Below, piece by piece: positions 37,869-51,728 of a stretch of 64,000 nucleotides of DNA; the first letter of the stretch is position 1; each line of letters opens with the position of its first letter. This DNA is from the human T2T-CHM13v2.0 reference genome, Homo sapiens, in assembly GCF_009914755.1 (NCBI RefSeq), contig NC_060939.1; one strand, 5' to 3'. Position numbers and translations under genes: made by a program. The notes below the pieces were generated by a model. The model did not search any database. It had not been told where the DNA came from and saw only the letters and a list, made by a program, of their open reading frames with translations.

Positions 37869-40021
37869 CTATAAGGAAAAAAAAGGAGAACGGCACATCC
37901 AGAATTACAGGCATAAAATGATTCCTTAACACACAACTGTAAAACACATATTCAGGGTATAAGATGACGAAGTTTAATAAATTTTATTAGTTAACTTACA
38001 AACACCTTAATGAACCAATCTAAATTTCAGCAAACTCTTTCAACAAGTCGGAGAAATCACTTTTTACATCTTCACTAAAAGCATAGGGAAGATTTCAATA
38101 ACTTCTATGCTTTGTATAAATTCTGCTCTCAAGTTCCTTGCTAGAGTTTCAAAATCATCAGGAAAACTCATGAGCACAAGCTGTTTGCTTTTACAAGCTT
38201 GTCAAAAAGATCTTGAACAGAGTAAGTCGTAAAAGTCTAATTTTACAAGAAATCATTAGCAAAACTCCAACTCTGTGAACAAGCAAGTTTATTTCCTTGT
38301 CCCTTGAAGTGTTTTTGGAACCCGTGGCACCTACTCCTTTGGGAACTGCGTTTATCTTTTGTGACAAATTACAAGTTTGCATTTTTCTATCTGCCCTTTT
38401 ACAGCAGGGACTCTATCTCCTCTCCTTGAAAGAAATCCATTTACTTAATTTCTGCAAAGCAAGCTAGGTATTTAAAAGACAAACAATAGACTTTGAAAAG
38501 TTGGTAACTCTTGCTGCTTGTACTCAGTGGGTGATCGGATTAAGAAACTTTTATTTCACTTTTCTAGAACTACCAACTGTTGGAAAAAATGCGTGACTAA
38601 TTGGTCCTTACTGTCTAATAGGGATAGGAGATCGCTTAATCAACCAATACACATTTTTATCAGAGCAGAGGAAAGGCTTTATCCTAAGCATATACACATC
38701 GCCCCTGGGCCCTCGCCAGGATAAAGCATTCGATGACCATACAATACTCTGTCACCTCCTGCATTTAGTGCACAGGCCGTCTTAAAGTCTCACGTATTGA
38801 TTGGGGGTGAATGGAGAATGGGGGTGTGTGGGAGAAGCGTTGCTTCACCTTCCTCCTGATCGTTGTGGATCCTTGATTACAAACCCCCAGAAATGATTTG
38901 TTTCTCCTCAAGGCAGGTCCTCGGAATACTCACTCTTCAAGGCTCCCTGCTTCCCGTAATGTATGCCCAGGGCGACGCGAGCCACCCTAACAGCCCAGCG
39001 CTGTGCGCGGACCACTCCGGAAGGCGCCCATTGTGTTTCTGAGCCACATCTGACTTTGATCCTTTTTTCAAGCCTAACAGAAACTAACCCCACTGCAGAA
39101 AAAGCCTAGCGTCTGTAACCTGCAAATAAATAAAATAACCCATTCTCCTGAACACCTCTCCTACCGTCACCCCATTCACTTTACACTTTTATCTCTTCTA
39201 GGAAACCAATACGGACGCAAGGTAGAAAAACGAGTTCATCCAAGTTTGTGCAAGGCAAATCTAGAATTTGGAAGAATCTTCAGAGCCGTACACACTTCAG
39301 GCCCTGCCCCCAAATACCTAGCTGTAGGAGATAAATCCTATTTACCTACCTTCCTTTTCAGCTTCGGGGACTTTTCCCCCCTCCTTTCCGGGGCACAAAT
39401 CGGCCACTTCACTTCCAACCCTGCCAATTCCACCCTCCCATCTCCTCCTGGCTGGATCCAGATCCGGCAAGCTGGTGCCGATTGGGGTTATGAGTTCACC
39501 TATTCCCTCTCGCAGCCCTAAAAAGTGGGGGAACTCCCACAACAGACACGGGAAGCCGCGAGGAACCGCGGCGCCCCCTGCACGGCGAGGCTGCCACTAA
39601 GGAAACAATATAAATAAAGCCACGTGCAGCCGCGGCGGCCCCGGCGGGCTGGCGACCCGGAGTCCGGCCGGTCGCGGAGGCGCGGACGCGGCCGGAGCCG
39701 GGACAATGGCGCGAGAAGGAAGAGACCAGAGTGGACAGCGGCCGCCAGAACTCCGCAGCCACGGGCGCGCGGCGCGGAGGGGCGTGCGCCCGGAGAAGCT
39801 CCCGCAGCCCTGCCCAAGCAGCGCAGAGGCCGCAAGCAACTAGTGTCTGCAGCTGGCGGTTCCAGACAGGCCGCAGGGCGAGAGCGGGGGCCGGGGGTCA
39901 GCGCCACCACGGAGGACCCCGCCGCGCGCTCCCCACGCCCCATCGTTTCCTCTTTCCCCATCCCACTCGCGCCCGCTCCCGCCCCACAGCGGTAAAAGAA
40001 AGCAGAAGAAAGCGCGCCCAC
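37869..40021 (-). other. PRTG: PRTG intron 1 (2153 nt, GT-AG, no recognisable Alu)
   Basis: Bounded by the exon 1 donor and the exon 2 acceptor. Confidence 0.93.
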
Positions 40022-40115
40022 CTGGCAAAGGACTGAGCAGCAGCAGGAGCAGGAGCGCGCGGAGCAGCATCCCCGGCGGTCGCAGCCGGGCGAGGGGTCG
40101 CAGAGGAGGCGCCAT
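40022..40115 (-). CDS. PRTG: Protogenin coding exon 1 (signal peptide MAPPLRPLARLRPPGMLLRALLLLLLLSPLP-G), phase-1 donor
   Basis: ATG at 40115-40113, poly-Leu hydrophobic core, donor CCAG|GTGGGC at 40022/40021; 94 nt; the peptide is recognised as the protogenin N-terminus. Confidence 0.96.
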
Positions 40116-40136
40116 TCAGCGTAGCCGCGCGGGCAT
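40116..40136 (-). promoter_or_regulatory. Upstream ORF (MPARLR*) abutting the PRTG start codon
   Basis: Minus strand reads AGC ATG CCC GCG CGG CTA CGC TGA ATG GCG. Confidence 0.7.
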
Positions 40137-42387
40137 GCTCCCCGGCCGCCCAGAGCCCCTGTCCGTCTGCGGCCCCCGCCCCGGGCGCTCTCTGCTCTGC
40201 GGCTGGTCGCACGCAGCCTGGCTCCCCGCTCCGGCTCCGGCACCGGCGTGGCGAGCGTCTCTGCGGCGGCGAGGCTGGTGCTCGGACGGCCGCTCGCGAG
40301 AAGCAAAGGGCCTGAGAGTCCGGCTGGGGGCGGAGTGAGGCGGCGGCTGCAGAGGGCGGGGGCGGCGGAGTGGACAGCGCCGCGGCCGCGGGCCTGGGAC
40401 TACTTTCTACATCTGGCCCTTGGTCTGGGCCAGGGAGGTCGGCGCGGCCGGCGGAGGGAGACGCTGGGAGGGGGCCAGTGGCGGCCGGGTCGGAGCCCTG
40501 GGGGAAGGGTACGGGTCCCGCCGGACAATGCACCTGGGGGTCAAGCCCCGGCTGAGGGTCTCCGGTCCGCGTCCCCGCCCCCTCTGCCTCCGCGCCACCG
40601 TCGGGGACAGAGCCACAAAGGCCGAGCCTCCTGGCCCAGCCAGCCTCCGGGGCCCCCCTCCCGCGGCAAGTTGAGGATTGGGGAAGGGGAGGCGGCCGGG
40701 GAGGGCTAGTGTTGAGAGACGGGGAAAGGCCGGAGGCTTCTCCCTTGATGGCACCCGCCCACCCCCTCCTACACCCTCCTACCCTCACACGCAGAGGCCC
40801 GGTGCAGGGAAATCTCACTCTTTCTCACTTCAGAGATTTGTCTGCTCCACTGGAGGCATCTCCGGATGATAAGCCCCCGGAGATGCCCCCTGCATTTGGG
40901 CACGGCTCTTCTTCTCCCTGCCCCCATTAGATGCAGCGCGGGCTTAAAAATATCTCCGAAGAGTGGTCTCAAATGAACAATCGCCTTTAGGGGGAGAGGG
41001 TTTATTATCTTTTCTTCAAGTTAGTCAAGTTCTTTAATTTGTGAGAACTGTGCGCACAAAAGGCTCTGTCCTGAGAGCAGAGGCGAGATCAAGAGATTTG
41101 TAGATTCTGTGAGCTTGCTATGGGGGAGCAGGCTTTGATAGATTACTTGGTTATAAATTAAACTAAGACACAAATGTGAATTTGTTCACATCTAAGTTTA
41201 ATTAAGGATAACAGGAGTTAAAACGTACATTTAAAGAATGTAATCAGATTGCTAAGCGTGTGGATCATAGCGTTTACATGTGGATTAACATTTGCTAATC
41301 CAAAACTGAATCTGTGGCACATGATGAGGGCACAGGCTAAAAGCTAGCCTTCATGAAAGCTGCTGATGGAAATCTAGCTTTGGTTACCACGACATCAACA
41401 CACTTACTGCCTTTAGCACGTTCCAGAAATCCTCCTGGGACGGTGCGGTGGCTCATATTTGTAATCCCAGTACTTTGGGAGACCGGGGCGGGCGGATCAC
41501 TTGAGGTCAGGAGTTCGGGACCAACCTGGGCAACATAGGGAGACCGCCCCCGTCTCTACACACCACTGACCCCCGTACCCCCAAAACTTAGCCGCTCCAG
41601 TAGTCCCAGCTACTTGGGAGGCTGGGGTGGGAGGATCACTTGAGACCAGAAGTCGAGGCTGGGGTGAGCTATGATCAGGCCACTGCACTCCAGCCTGTTT
41701 CCAATAAGTGAGTAAATAAACCCTCCTGATGAAGAAGTAGTGAAAAAAAATAGTTTAGAACATTAGGATAGCACTACCTTTCCCCCTTAAGCTCATTATG
41801 GTAAGGAACAGCCTATTTAGCAATTTCAACTTAACTGCATGTAAAACAGTAATATCCTTGGTATGTTGCTTCCAAAACTGTATTTGAAACTTAAATGAAT
41901 TTGGACTATTTCTAAGCATCAGAATAAAGGTATGTGGGAAGGGAAAACGTTGAGAGGTAATAAAACGAAACATTTGCAAGTACGTTTTAAATTTCTGATA
42001 ATTCAAATTTATACAAAATGATATTCCTGTTTGCCATTAGACTATTTTTTTCATTGTATCACATTCTCCCCCTTCCCCTTCTCCCTGTTCCCTTTTAGTC
42101 GATCCCAAGTGCTTATATTTCCTGAATAACACAGTACATGTCTGCTTGGACACTTACATTTTCTCTCATGTATAATACTTGTCTTATATCATGTACTAGG
42201 CTACATAAGCTATTTAAGGACTTGTTATCTAGTTCTGTGATGCCCCACAATTTCCATCCAGCAGAGTATCTTGCATATAGTGTGTAATACTGAGGTAGTT
42301 AAAAGTCTGGTTTTTGGTATCTAACAGACTAGCATTCAAATTTTTGCATTATATAGACAAGTCACTCGTGCACTCAGACCTAATTCA

Positions 42388-42786
<399 letters not shown>

Positions 42787-43532
42787 CTATAAATAATTGC
42801 CATTATTATATTTAGTAAATAAATATTCCCAATAGTGGCAAATCTTTGTCCTTTCAGAGTGGGCTTGATATTGAAAAGTTTTTAGGAGTCAAAGCTGATT
42901 AATTTGTTTGGTGATTATGCTGATGGTGACTCTCGTGACTTCTTTCAGTAGTTTCTAAGCTGGTCCTGAAAGAGGTTAGAAGTGCCTGAGTGTCTAACTT
43001 CCCAAAGCTACCCATCTGGAGGATAAATGTTGAGATAAACAACTACCTAAGCCCTATTTTGCTTTCATATTCCAAAACAATTATTTTTAGACCAGAAAGA
43101 GTAGAGTCTATATAGTTAAAGAGAACTGAAATCTGAGGGTAGGTTTAAAATAAATATACAGAATTATTTCTTTAACAAATTCAAGTCTATGTCCCAACTC
43201 TGAGGGGAAAAAAATCACGTAACTTCACCCATCAAATTATAGAGCTGTAGCAAATATCTTCAAGCCCTTTGACCTCTCAACATTATCTGGTTCTATGAAA
43301 TCACAAGGCCATTTGCAGGAGTTTATGAATCACAGTGGCAAAAGACAGCAAAAGTCTAGTGAGTTGTTCAATTTTTCATTTAACAAATAATTATTGAGCT
43401 CCTATTATGATGATTAGAAGACCAAGCCCTGATGAGGATTACCTGCCACTATATTCACATTTCAGTAATCACTCCTGATGAGCTTAATATTTGTCATCAG
43501 AAATATTTTGAAATTGGTTATTTTAAAAGTGA

Positions 43533-43816
43533 GGCCGGGCGCGGTGGTTCACGCCTGTAATCCCAGCACTTTGGGAGGCCGAGGCGGGTGGATCACGAGG
43601 TCAGGAGATCGACTGAGTGAAACTCAGTCTCTACTAAAAATACAAAAAATTAGCGGGGCACATTGATGGGCACCTGTAGTCCCAGCTACTCAGGAGGCTG
43701 AGGCAGGAGAATGGTGTGAACCCAGGAGGCAGAGCTTGCAGTGAGCCAAGATCGCGCCACTGCACTCCAGCCTGGGCAACAGAGCAGGACTCCATCTCAA
43801 AAAAAAAAAAAAAAAA
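43533..43816 (+). mobile_element. Alu (AluY-like, small internal deletion) fused to the RPL19 fragment
   Basis: Starts GGCCGGGCGCGGTGG. Has AluY-type gagatcga / gaatggtgtgaaccc / gagcttgcagtg features and a poly(A). Confidence 0.9.
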
Positions 43817-44058
43817 GAAGCTCCTGGCTGACCAGGCTGAGGCCCGAAGGTCTAAGACCAAGGAAGCACGCAAGCGCCATAAAGAGTGCCTCCAAGCCAA
43901 GAAGGAGAAGATCACCAAGACTTTGTTCAAGGAGGAAGAGACCAAGAAATAAAACCTCCCCCTTTGTCTGTACATACTAGCCTCCATGATTACATAGTTC
44001 AGTTATTAAAACAAAACAAGCCTTTATCTACAAAGAAAAGAAAAATATAAATAAAAAC
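43815..44058 (+). pseudogene. 5'-truncated RPL19 processed pseudogene fragment (C-terminus, 3' UTR, A-rich tail)
   Basis: Translates [45 protein letters not shown], matching the RPL19 C-terminus ([45 protein letters not shown]). Stop at 43950-43952, then an RPL19-like 3' UTR and A-rich tail. Confidence 0.92.
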
Positions 44059-44147
44059 AAAAGTGAGTTGTAACTGTTGGGATTGTAAAATGGTGCAACT
44101 GCTATGGAAAACAGTATGGAGTTACTTAAAAAAAAAAGTTAAAAATA

Positions 44148-45495
<1,348 letters not shown>

Positions 45496-46566
45496 ATGGA
45501 AAAGCAAAACATTTTCATTTCAACAAGACATTTGACCACTCAAATCTCATGATATTCTTAAGCATTAGATGAATAAATATTGATTGAGTACTAAAGGGAT
45601 TATGCAAGATAACATCGGATGGAAGCTCCTATTCGCTCCCACTCAAAAACTCTCTGTTGCCAAGTACCTCCCTGGAACCTTTTAAAAATCCACTCTCCAT
45701 TAAGTTTCTCTTGCTGCTGCCCATGTTTCAGCTCTCAGTGCCTCTCGTCTGAGCCATTGCATTAGAATGGGCTCTCAATAGACTTCCAACCAAACTTCCA
45801 ATCTTTTCATATGCCTATCCATGTTTATAGTTGCTACCAGGTGAATTTTCCTGTGATACAGTGTTTCTGCTGATCAAAATCTTTCACAGCCTCATTACCT
45901 GTAAAATGTCCTCTTTGCCTATAAAATGACAAAGTGTTCATTACAAACTTCTTAATTCTAAGGACCCTCTGATCTGCTCCCAAACTACCATTACAACTGT
46001 ACAGTCAATTTTTCCCTATATGTATTAAACACTCAGGCCAGGGTGAGCTATCTGGTGTTTTCCTAACAGCACTTGAATTGTCCTGACTCTGAGCCTTTGC
46101 AGGGTCTCTTCCCTAAACTTAAATACTCCCCTTACCCTTCACACCCATACTGACATTGAGACCTTTCCAAATCTTAATATATTTTCAGGGACAGTGCAGA
46201 TCTGATTTTATCTGAAATCTTACTGTACTTTTGTGGCACAGAACTTGTAAGTATTTTATCGCGAGCCAGTAAGCATCTTGAGATCACAAATCATACCTAA
46301 TCCACCTTTGTGTTATTCACAATGTGAAGGACATTGCCTTGCAGTTATTAAGAATTGAATAGATCTTCGCTGACTAAAGGAATAATGAATTACTGTACCA
46401 AAATGCTGATTAAATAGATGGAGAGCAATTGGGAGAAAACTCTCTGGAAGAGGATTACAAAGTCCTGTATTTGGGGTTTTCTTTGTCTAGTCTACATTTA
46501 TTATCATGAGCTTAAGGACATGTTTATCTGATTTTGCATTTAACACAATGTGTAATTAATATGTTA

Positions 46567-46872
<306 letters not shown>

Positions 46873-47698
46873 TTACATAGAATGAGAGTTTTCTCCACTC
46901 CTGGTAGTTGTCTAGGAAGTTGGAGACTAAGAAAAGAGGTCCTGAGGGACTCCTCAAGTGAAGATGAGGAGTACAACAATTTCCAACAGAGAGGAAGAGA
47001 GGAGGAAACAGGAGCCAGAAGTAATTCAGGCACCAGAGATGAAGGGGCAGGAAAAGAGAAGTGATGAAGGGTGTGCAGAGGGGAGCACAGGACGTTTAGA
47101 ACTAAGGCCAAGGGCACTGGGCATCCCTGTGGACGTATGCCAGCAATGGGAAGAGTCTTAGAGGAACAGCTGAGGGCTGGCCACAGTCACTCATTCAACA
47201 AAGTTCTGAGCATAAAATGTGTTTCAGGAATGGATAGATGTTAGAAATACAGCTATAAGAAAATTATATAAATACTGACTGGGTGTAGTGGCTCACGCCT
47301 GTAATCCTAACACTTTGGGAGGCTGAGGCGGGTGGATTACCTGAGGTCAAGAGTACAAGACCAGCCTGGCCAACAGGGTGAAACCTCGTCTCTACTAACA
47401 ATACAAAAAATTAGCCAGATGCAGTGGCACATGCCTGTAATCCTAGCTACTCAGGAGGCTGAGACAGGAGAATCACGTGAACCCAGGAGGCGGAGGTTGC
47501 GGTGAGCCGAGATCGCGTCACTGCACTCCAGCCTGGGCGACAGAGCAAGACTTCGTCTCAAAAAAGAAAAGAAAGAAAGAAAATTATATAGATACTGAAT
47601 ATTATGATGAAGGCTGTAATGTTCAGGATAATGTAAGAACAGAGTTTAAGGAGCAATTTATATTCCTATGGTGGAATGAGATGGGAAAGGAGAGAGCA

Positions 47699-48125
47699 TG
47701 CTACCAAAAAACGTGAGGAGTCTCAAATTTTATCTTGCTTGCAAGCCAACAAGTTAGCCTGCCACTGTTTCATGGATGCAGTGTCAGAGATGAAGGACAT
47801 TATTTTGTTCTTGGCAATAGTAATAATCAGAGTATCAGCAATTTTGCGTCAATTCCCGGGTCTCAAATCCCACAGAGCAACACAAAGGGAGCCAGCAATG
47901 GGAAGAGTCTTAGAGGACTCTTGTCCTGTACATGCAGTGGGTTGTGTTACAAAACTTAGAGAACCCAAATCTTTTACAATGGGCCGTAAGCATGCCTGCC
48001 TTGCTTTGGAGGGAGACACTATCTTTGTCTTCCAAGGCTGTTCACTATACAAACATTCTTGAAGATATAGTTCACATCAAAGTGCATTCAGTGTTTTTCT
48101 TGCAAGTTGTGCAAGAGTCTCATGG
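47699..48125. mobile_element. Probable old ERV LTR remnant (family not assigned)
   Basis: LTR-like sequence (gcaagccaacaagttagcctgccactgtttcatggatgc...tatctttgtcttccaaggctgtt) interrupting L2-like DNA. Confidence 0.4.
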
Positions 48126-49695
48126 AGAAATATCACCTAACATGTGCTGCGCAGGGGAGCTTGTATCTGTGGTGAATCTGGAGGGTGAGTTGAAGTTTTC
48201 TAGTTGGACTGGATTGGCCTTCCAGAGAGAAAATTAGGAATAAGGCATTGAAGTATGAAAGACCAAGGCATATTCAGGAAACTACAGGTAGTTTAGTACA
48301 GCTAGAGTGCAGGCCACGTTGGAGAGAAAAGAAGCATGCCATGCAAAGGAGCTTGAAACTTTTTTTTTTTTTTTTGAGACAGAGTCTCGCTCTGTTGGCC
48401 AGGCTGGAGTGCAGTGGCGAGATCTCGGCTCACTGCAAGGTCCGCCTCCCAGGTTTGCGCCATTCTCCTGCCTCCTCCTGAGTAGCTGGGACTACAGGCA
48501 CCCACCACCATACCCGGTTAATTTTTTGTATTTTTAGTAGAGATGGGGTTTCACTATGTTACCCAGGATGGTCTTGATCTCCTGACCTCGTGATCTGCCT
48601 GCGTCGGCCTCCCAAAGTGCTGGGATTACAGGCATGAGCTACCACGCCTAGCCAGGAGCTTGAACCTTGTCCTGGAGGCCTTGATTTCCCAAAGGCCACC
48701 CTTTGGAATAGTTGCCATGTTTCAGCTCTCAGTACCTCTCATCTGAGCCATTGCATTAGAATGGGCTCTCAATAGTCTTCCAACAAACTTTCTAATGTTT
48801 TCATATGCCTATCCATTTTTATAGTTACTACTAGGTGAATAGATGCCCTGTTCCAGGTGCTTTAGAAGTTTTATCTCACTCAATCCTCATAACTAGGTAA
48901 GTTTGGTAAAACTATTCTCATTTTACAGATGAGCAGAAGCTCAGAAAGATTAAGTCGCTTAGTCTAGATCACACAGCAGATAGATGACAAAGACATGATT
49001 TTCCCCCAAGTCTACCTGACTCAGAGTTTTTGTCCTTAGAATTCTGAGTATACTGTGAAAAGTAGAAGAGACAGAGGAGTGATAGCCAGATGCAGACAGA
49101 TAGAACTACTGACAGACTCTAACAAGGTAATTTTTATTAGCTGAGAGTTGATTCTCTATTTCCTGTGCTCTGAAATGACACTTCCCACTGGTTCTTTCTG
49201 TCACACTCCCCATTCTCCTCGCAATCTACCTGAGACTACCACCTTTTTTCTGCTTTGCATGGACTAGTAAACCACAGACAACTTGTAGATAGGGGATGTG
49301 AAATATCTCCCTTGCTTTTCATGTAGCATGGAATTTCACTGAGATAAACATAAACTCCTACTCTTTGGTTAATTTAGTTGCATTGATGGATAAGAGTCAG
49401 GGTTGGGCATGGGGAAACCTGACTATTGGTGCAGTTGGTGAGAAGACCTGCAGGTATGGATTACAACTGGACCACCAATGTGTGTGATTGTCAGTCTCAC
49501 TAATGCAAACCTGTGCTGTGCTCATTGATGTGTATTGTCCAGGACAAGGAAAGCTTAGTTTCATATACACCACTTTGGTCATACTGGTTCTGGCATATTA
49601 TAGTCATCTCTGAATTCTACATTTTCAGAGGCAAAGACAGCCAAGAATGCAAGCAGAGAACAACTAAGAAGGTAAGATGTTTGGAAACCAAAATA

Positions 49696-50432
49696 CAGGT
49701 CTCCAACTTACAACGGATTGACTAACAATTTTTTAACATTACAATAGCGCAAAGACAATACACATTCAGTAGAAACTGTACTTTGGATTTTGAATTTTGA
49801 TCTTTTCCCAGGGTAGTGAAACGCGATGTGATGCTCTCTCACGATGCTGGGCAGCCTTAGTGGACCACAGTTCCCAGTCAGCCACATGATCAGGAGGGTT
49901 AAACAACCATGAGATAGTCAGCACTTTATTATAAAATAGGCTCTGTGTTAGATGATTTTGCCCAACTGTGGGCGAATGTAAGAGTTCTGAGCACGTTTAA
50001 GGTAGGCTAGGTTAAGCTGTGATGTTTGGTAGGTTAGGTGTATTAAACGCATTTCTTTTTATTTCTTTTTGAGACGGAGTCTCACTCTGTCGCCCAGGCT
50101 GGAGCGCAGTGGTGGAATATCGGCTCACTTCAACCTCCTGGGTTCAAGCGATTCTCCTGTCTCAGCCTCCTGAGTAGCTAGAATTAACAGGCCTGCATCA
50201 CCAAATCTGGTTAGTTTTTATATTTTTAGTACAGACGGGGTTTTACCATGTTGGCTAGGCTGGTCTTGAACTCCTGGCCTCAAGTGATGCGCCCACCTTG
50301 GCCTCCCAAAGTGCTGGGATTACAGGCGTGAGCCACTGTACCTGACCAAAATGCATTTTTGACTTACAATATGTTCAATATACGATGGGTTTATGGGAGT
50401 TACAACCACATTGTAAGTTGAAGAGCATTTGT
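49696..50432 (-). mobile_element. MER47/Tigger5-type DNA transposon remnant interrupted by an Alu (~50056-50347)
   Basis: gatgattttgcccaactgt...gagcacgtttaaggtaggctagg...ggttaggtgtattaaa; degenerate terminal inverted repeats. Confidence 0.7.
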
Positions 50433-50445
50433 GATACTAACATCA

Positions 50446-50794
<349 letters not shown>

Positions 50795-50802
50795 TCAGAA
50801 AA

Positions 50803-50843
<41 letters not shown>

Positions 50844-51482
50844 CCCAAGGTCATACAACCAGTAAGTGATAATGGAGAGAATTCAAATTTGGGCTTCTCT
50901 GATCCATGCTTTATTGCTTCATGTATATTCTTTCCTTAACAACACCAAGAGTGACTTTATCCCTGGGCCCCTATTTGTGTAGGGTTCACAGGTCCATAGT
51001 AGACAGGATTTAATATCAATTAAAATCTTATTTTAGGGATTCAACCACAATGCAAATGACAAGCAAAATACACACATGCATGAAAATATGGGGTGCCTGA
51101 ATATAACTTCTAGGATCTAAAAGGGAATCATCCCCTCCTCTTCAGCAATGGTCTTATCTTCCTGTAAGAGCTCTATTTCCAGCTGTTTTATATAACTTAA
51201 GGAGAAGAAAGGAAAAGATTAGGAAGTGAAAAAGTTGAGGAGGCTGAAGAAAAGAGTGATAATGAGAAGAGGTGGAAAAAAATAAATAAAGAAGTAAAAG
51301 TTGTGGGAAAAAAAATCACAACAACATCAAAATAGCTGTGGGTTTTAAAAAGTCTCCATCTGGGCTGGGTGCTGTGGCTCACGCCTGTAATCCCAGGACT
51401 AGGGAGGCCGAGACGGGTGGATCACTTGAGGTCAGGAGTTTGAGACCAGCCTGGCCAACATGGCGAAACCCCATCTCTACTA

Positions 51483-51728
<246 letters not shown>

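Larger units (their letters stand above)
39540..40720. promoter_or_regulatory. PRTG: CpG island / TATA-less PRTG promoter and 5' UTR
   Basis: Very high GC and CpG density around exon 1. GC boxes GGGGCGG near 40326-40333 and 40357-40364. The TSS is probably a few hundred nt upstream of the ATG (not determinable from sequence). Confidence 0.92.

Noticed and set aside
39571-39585. CTCF-like motif (CGTGCAGGGGGCGC on the minus strand) in intron 1
   Set aside because: Mismatches in the 5' core; cannot be supported without ChIP data.
40372-40381. GGACAGCGCC, the right half of a REST/RE1 site, in the promoter
   Set aside because: Left half (TCAGCACC) is absent; likely chance in GC-rich DNA.
39518-40818. 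Long overlapping ORFs (262 aa, 306 aa, 153 aa) across the CpG island
   Set aside because: Expected stop-codon scarcity in GC-rich DNA; Arg/Ala/Pro/Gly-rich with no domain. Only the exon 1 frame is supported by splice sites.
43716-43952. 78-aa Alu-RPL19 fusion ORF as a real protein
   Set aside because: Starts at a GTG inside the Alu, frame depends on poly(A) length, and the RPL19 part has many substitutions; pseudogenic.
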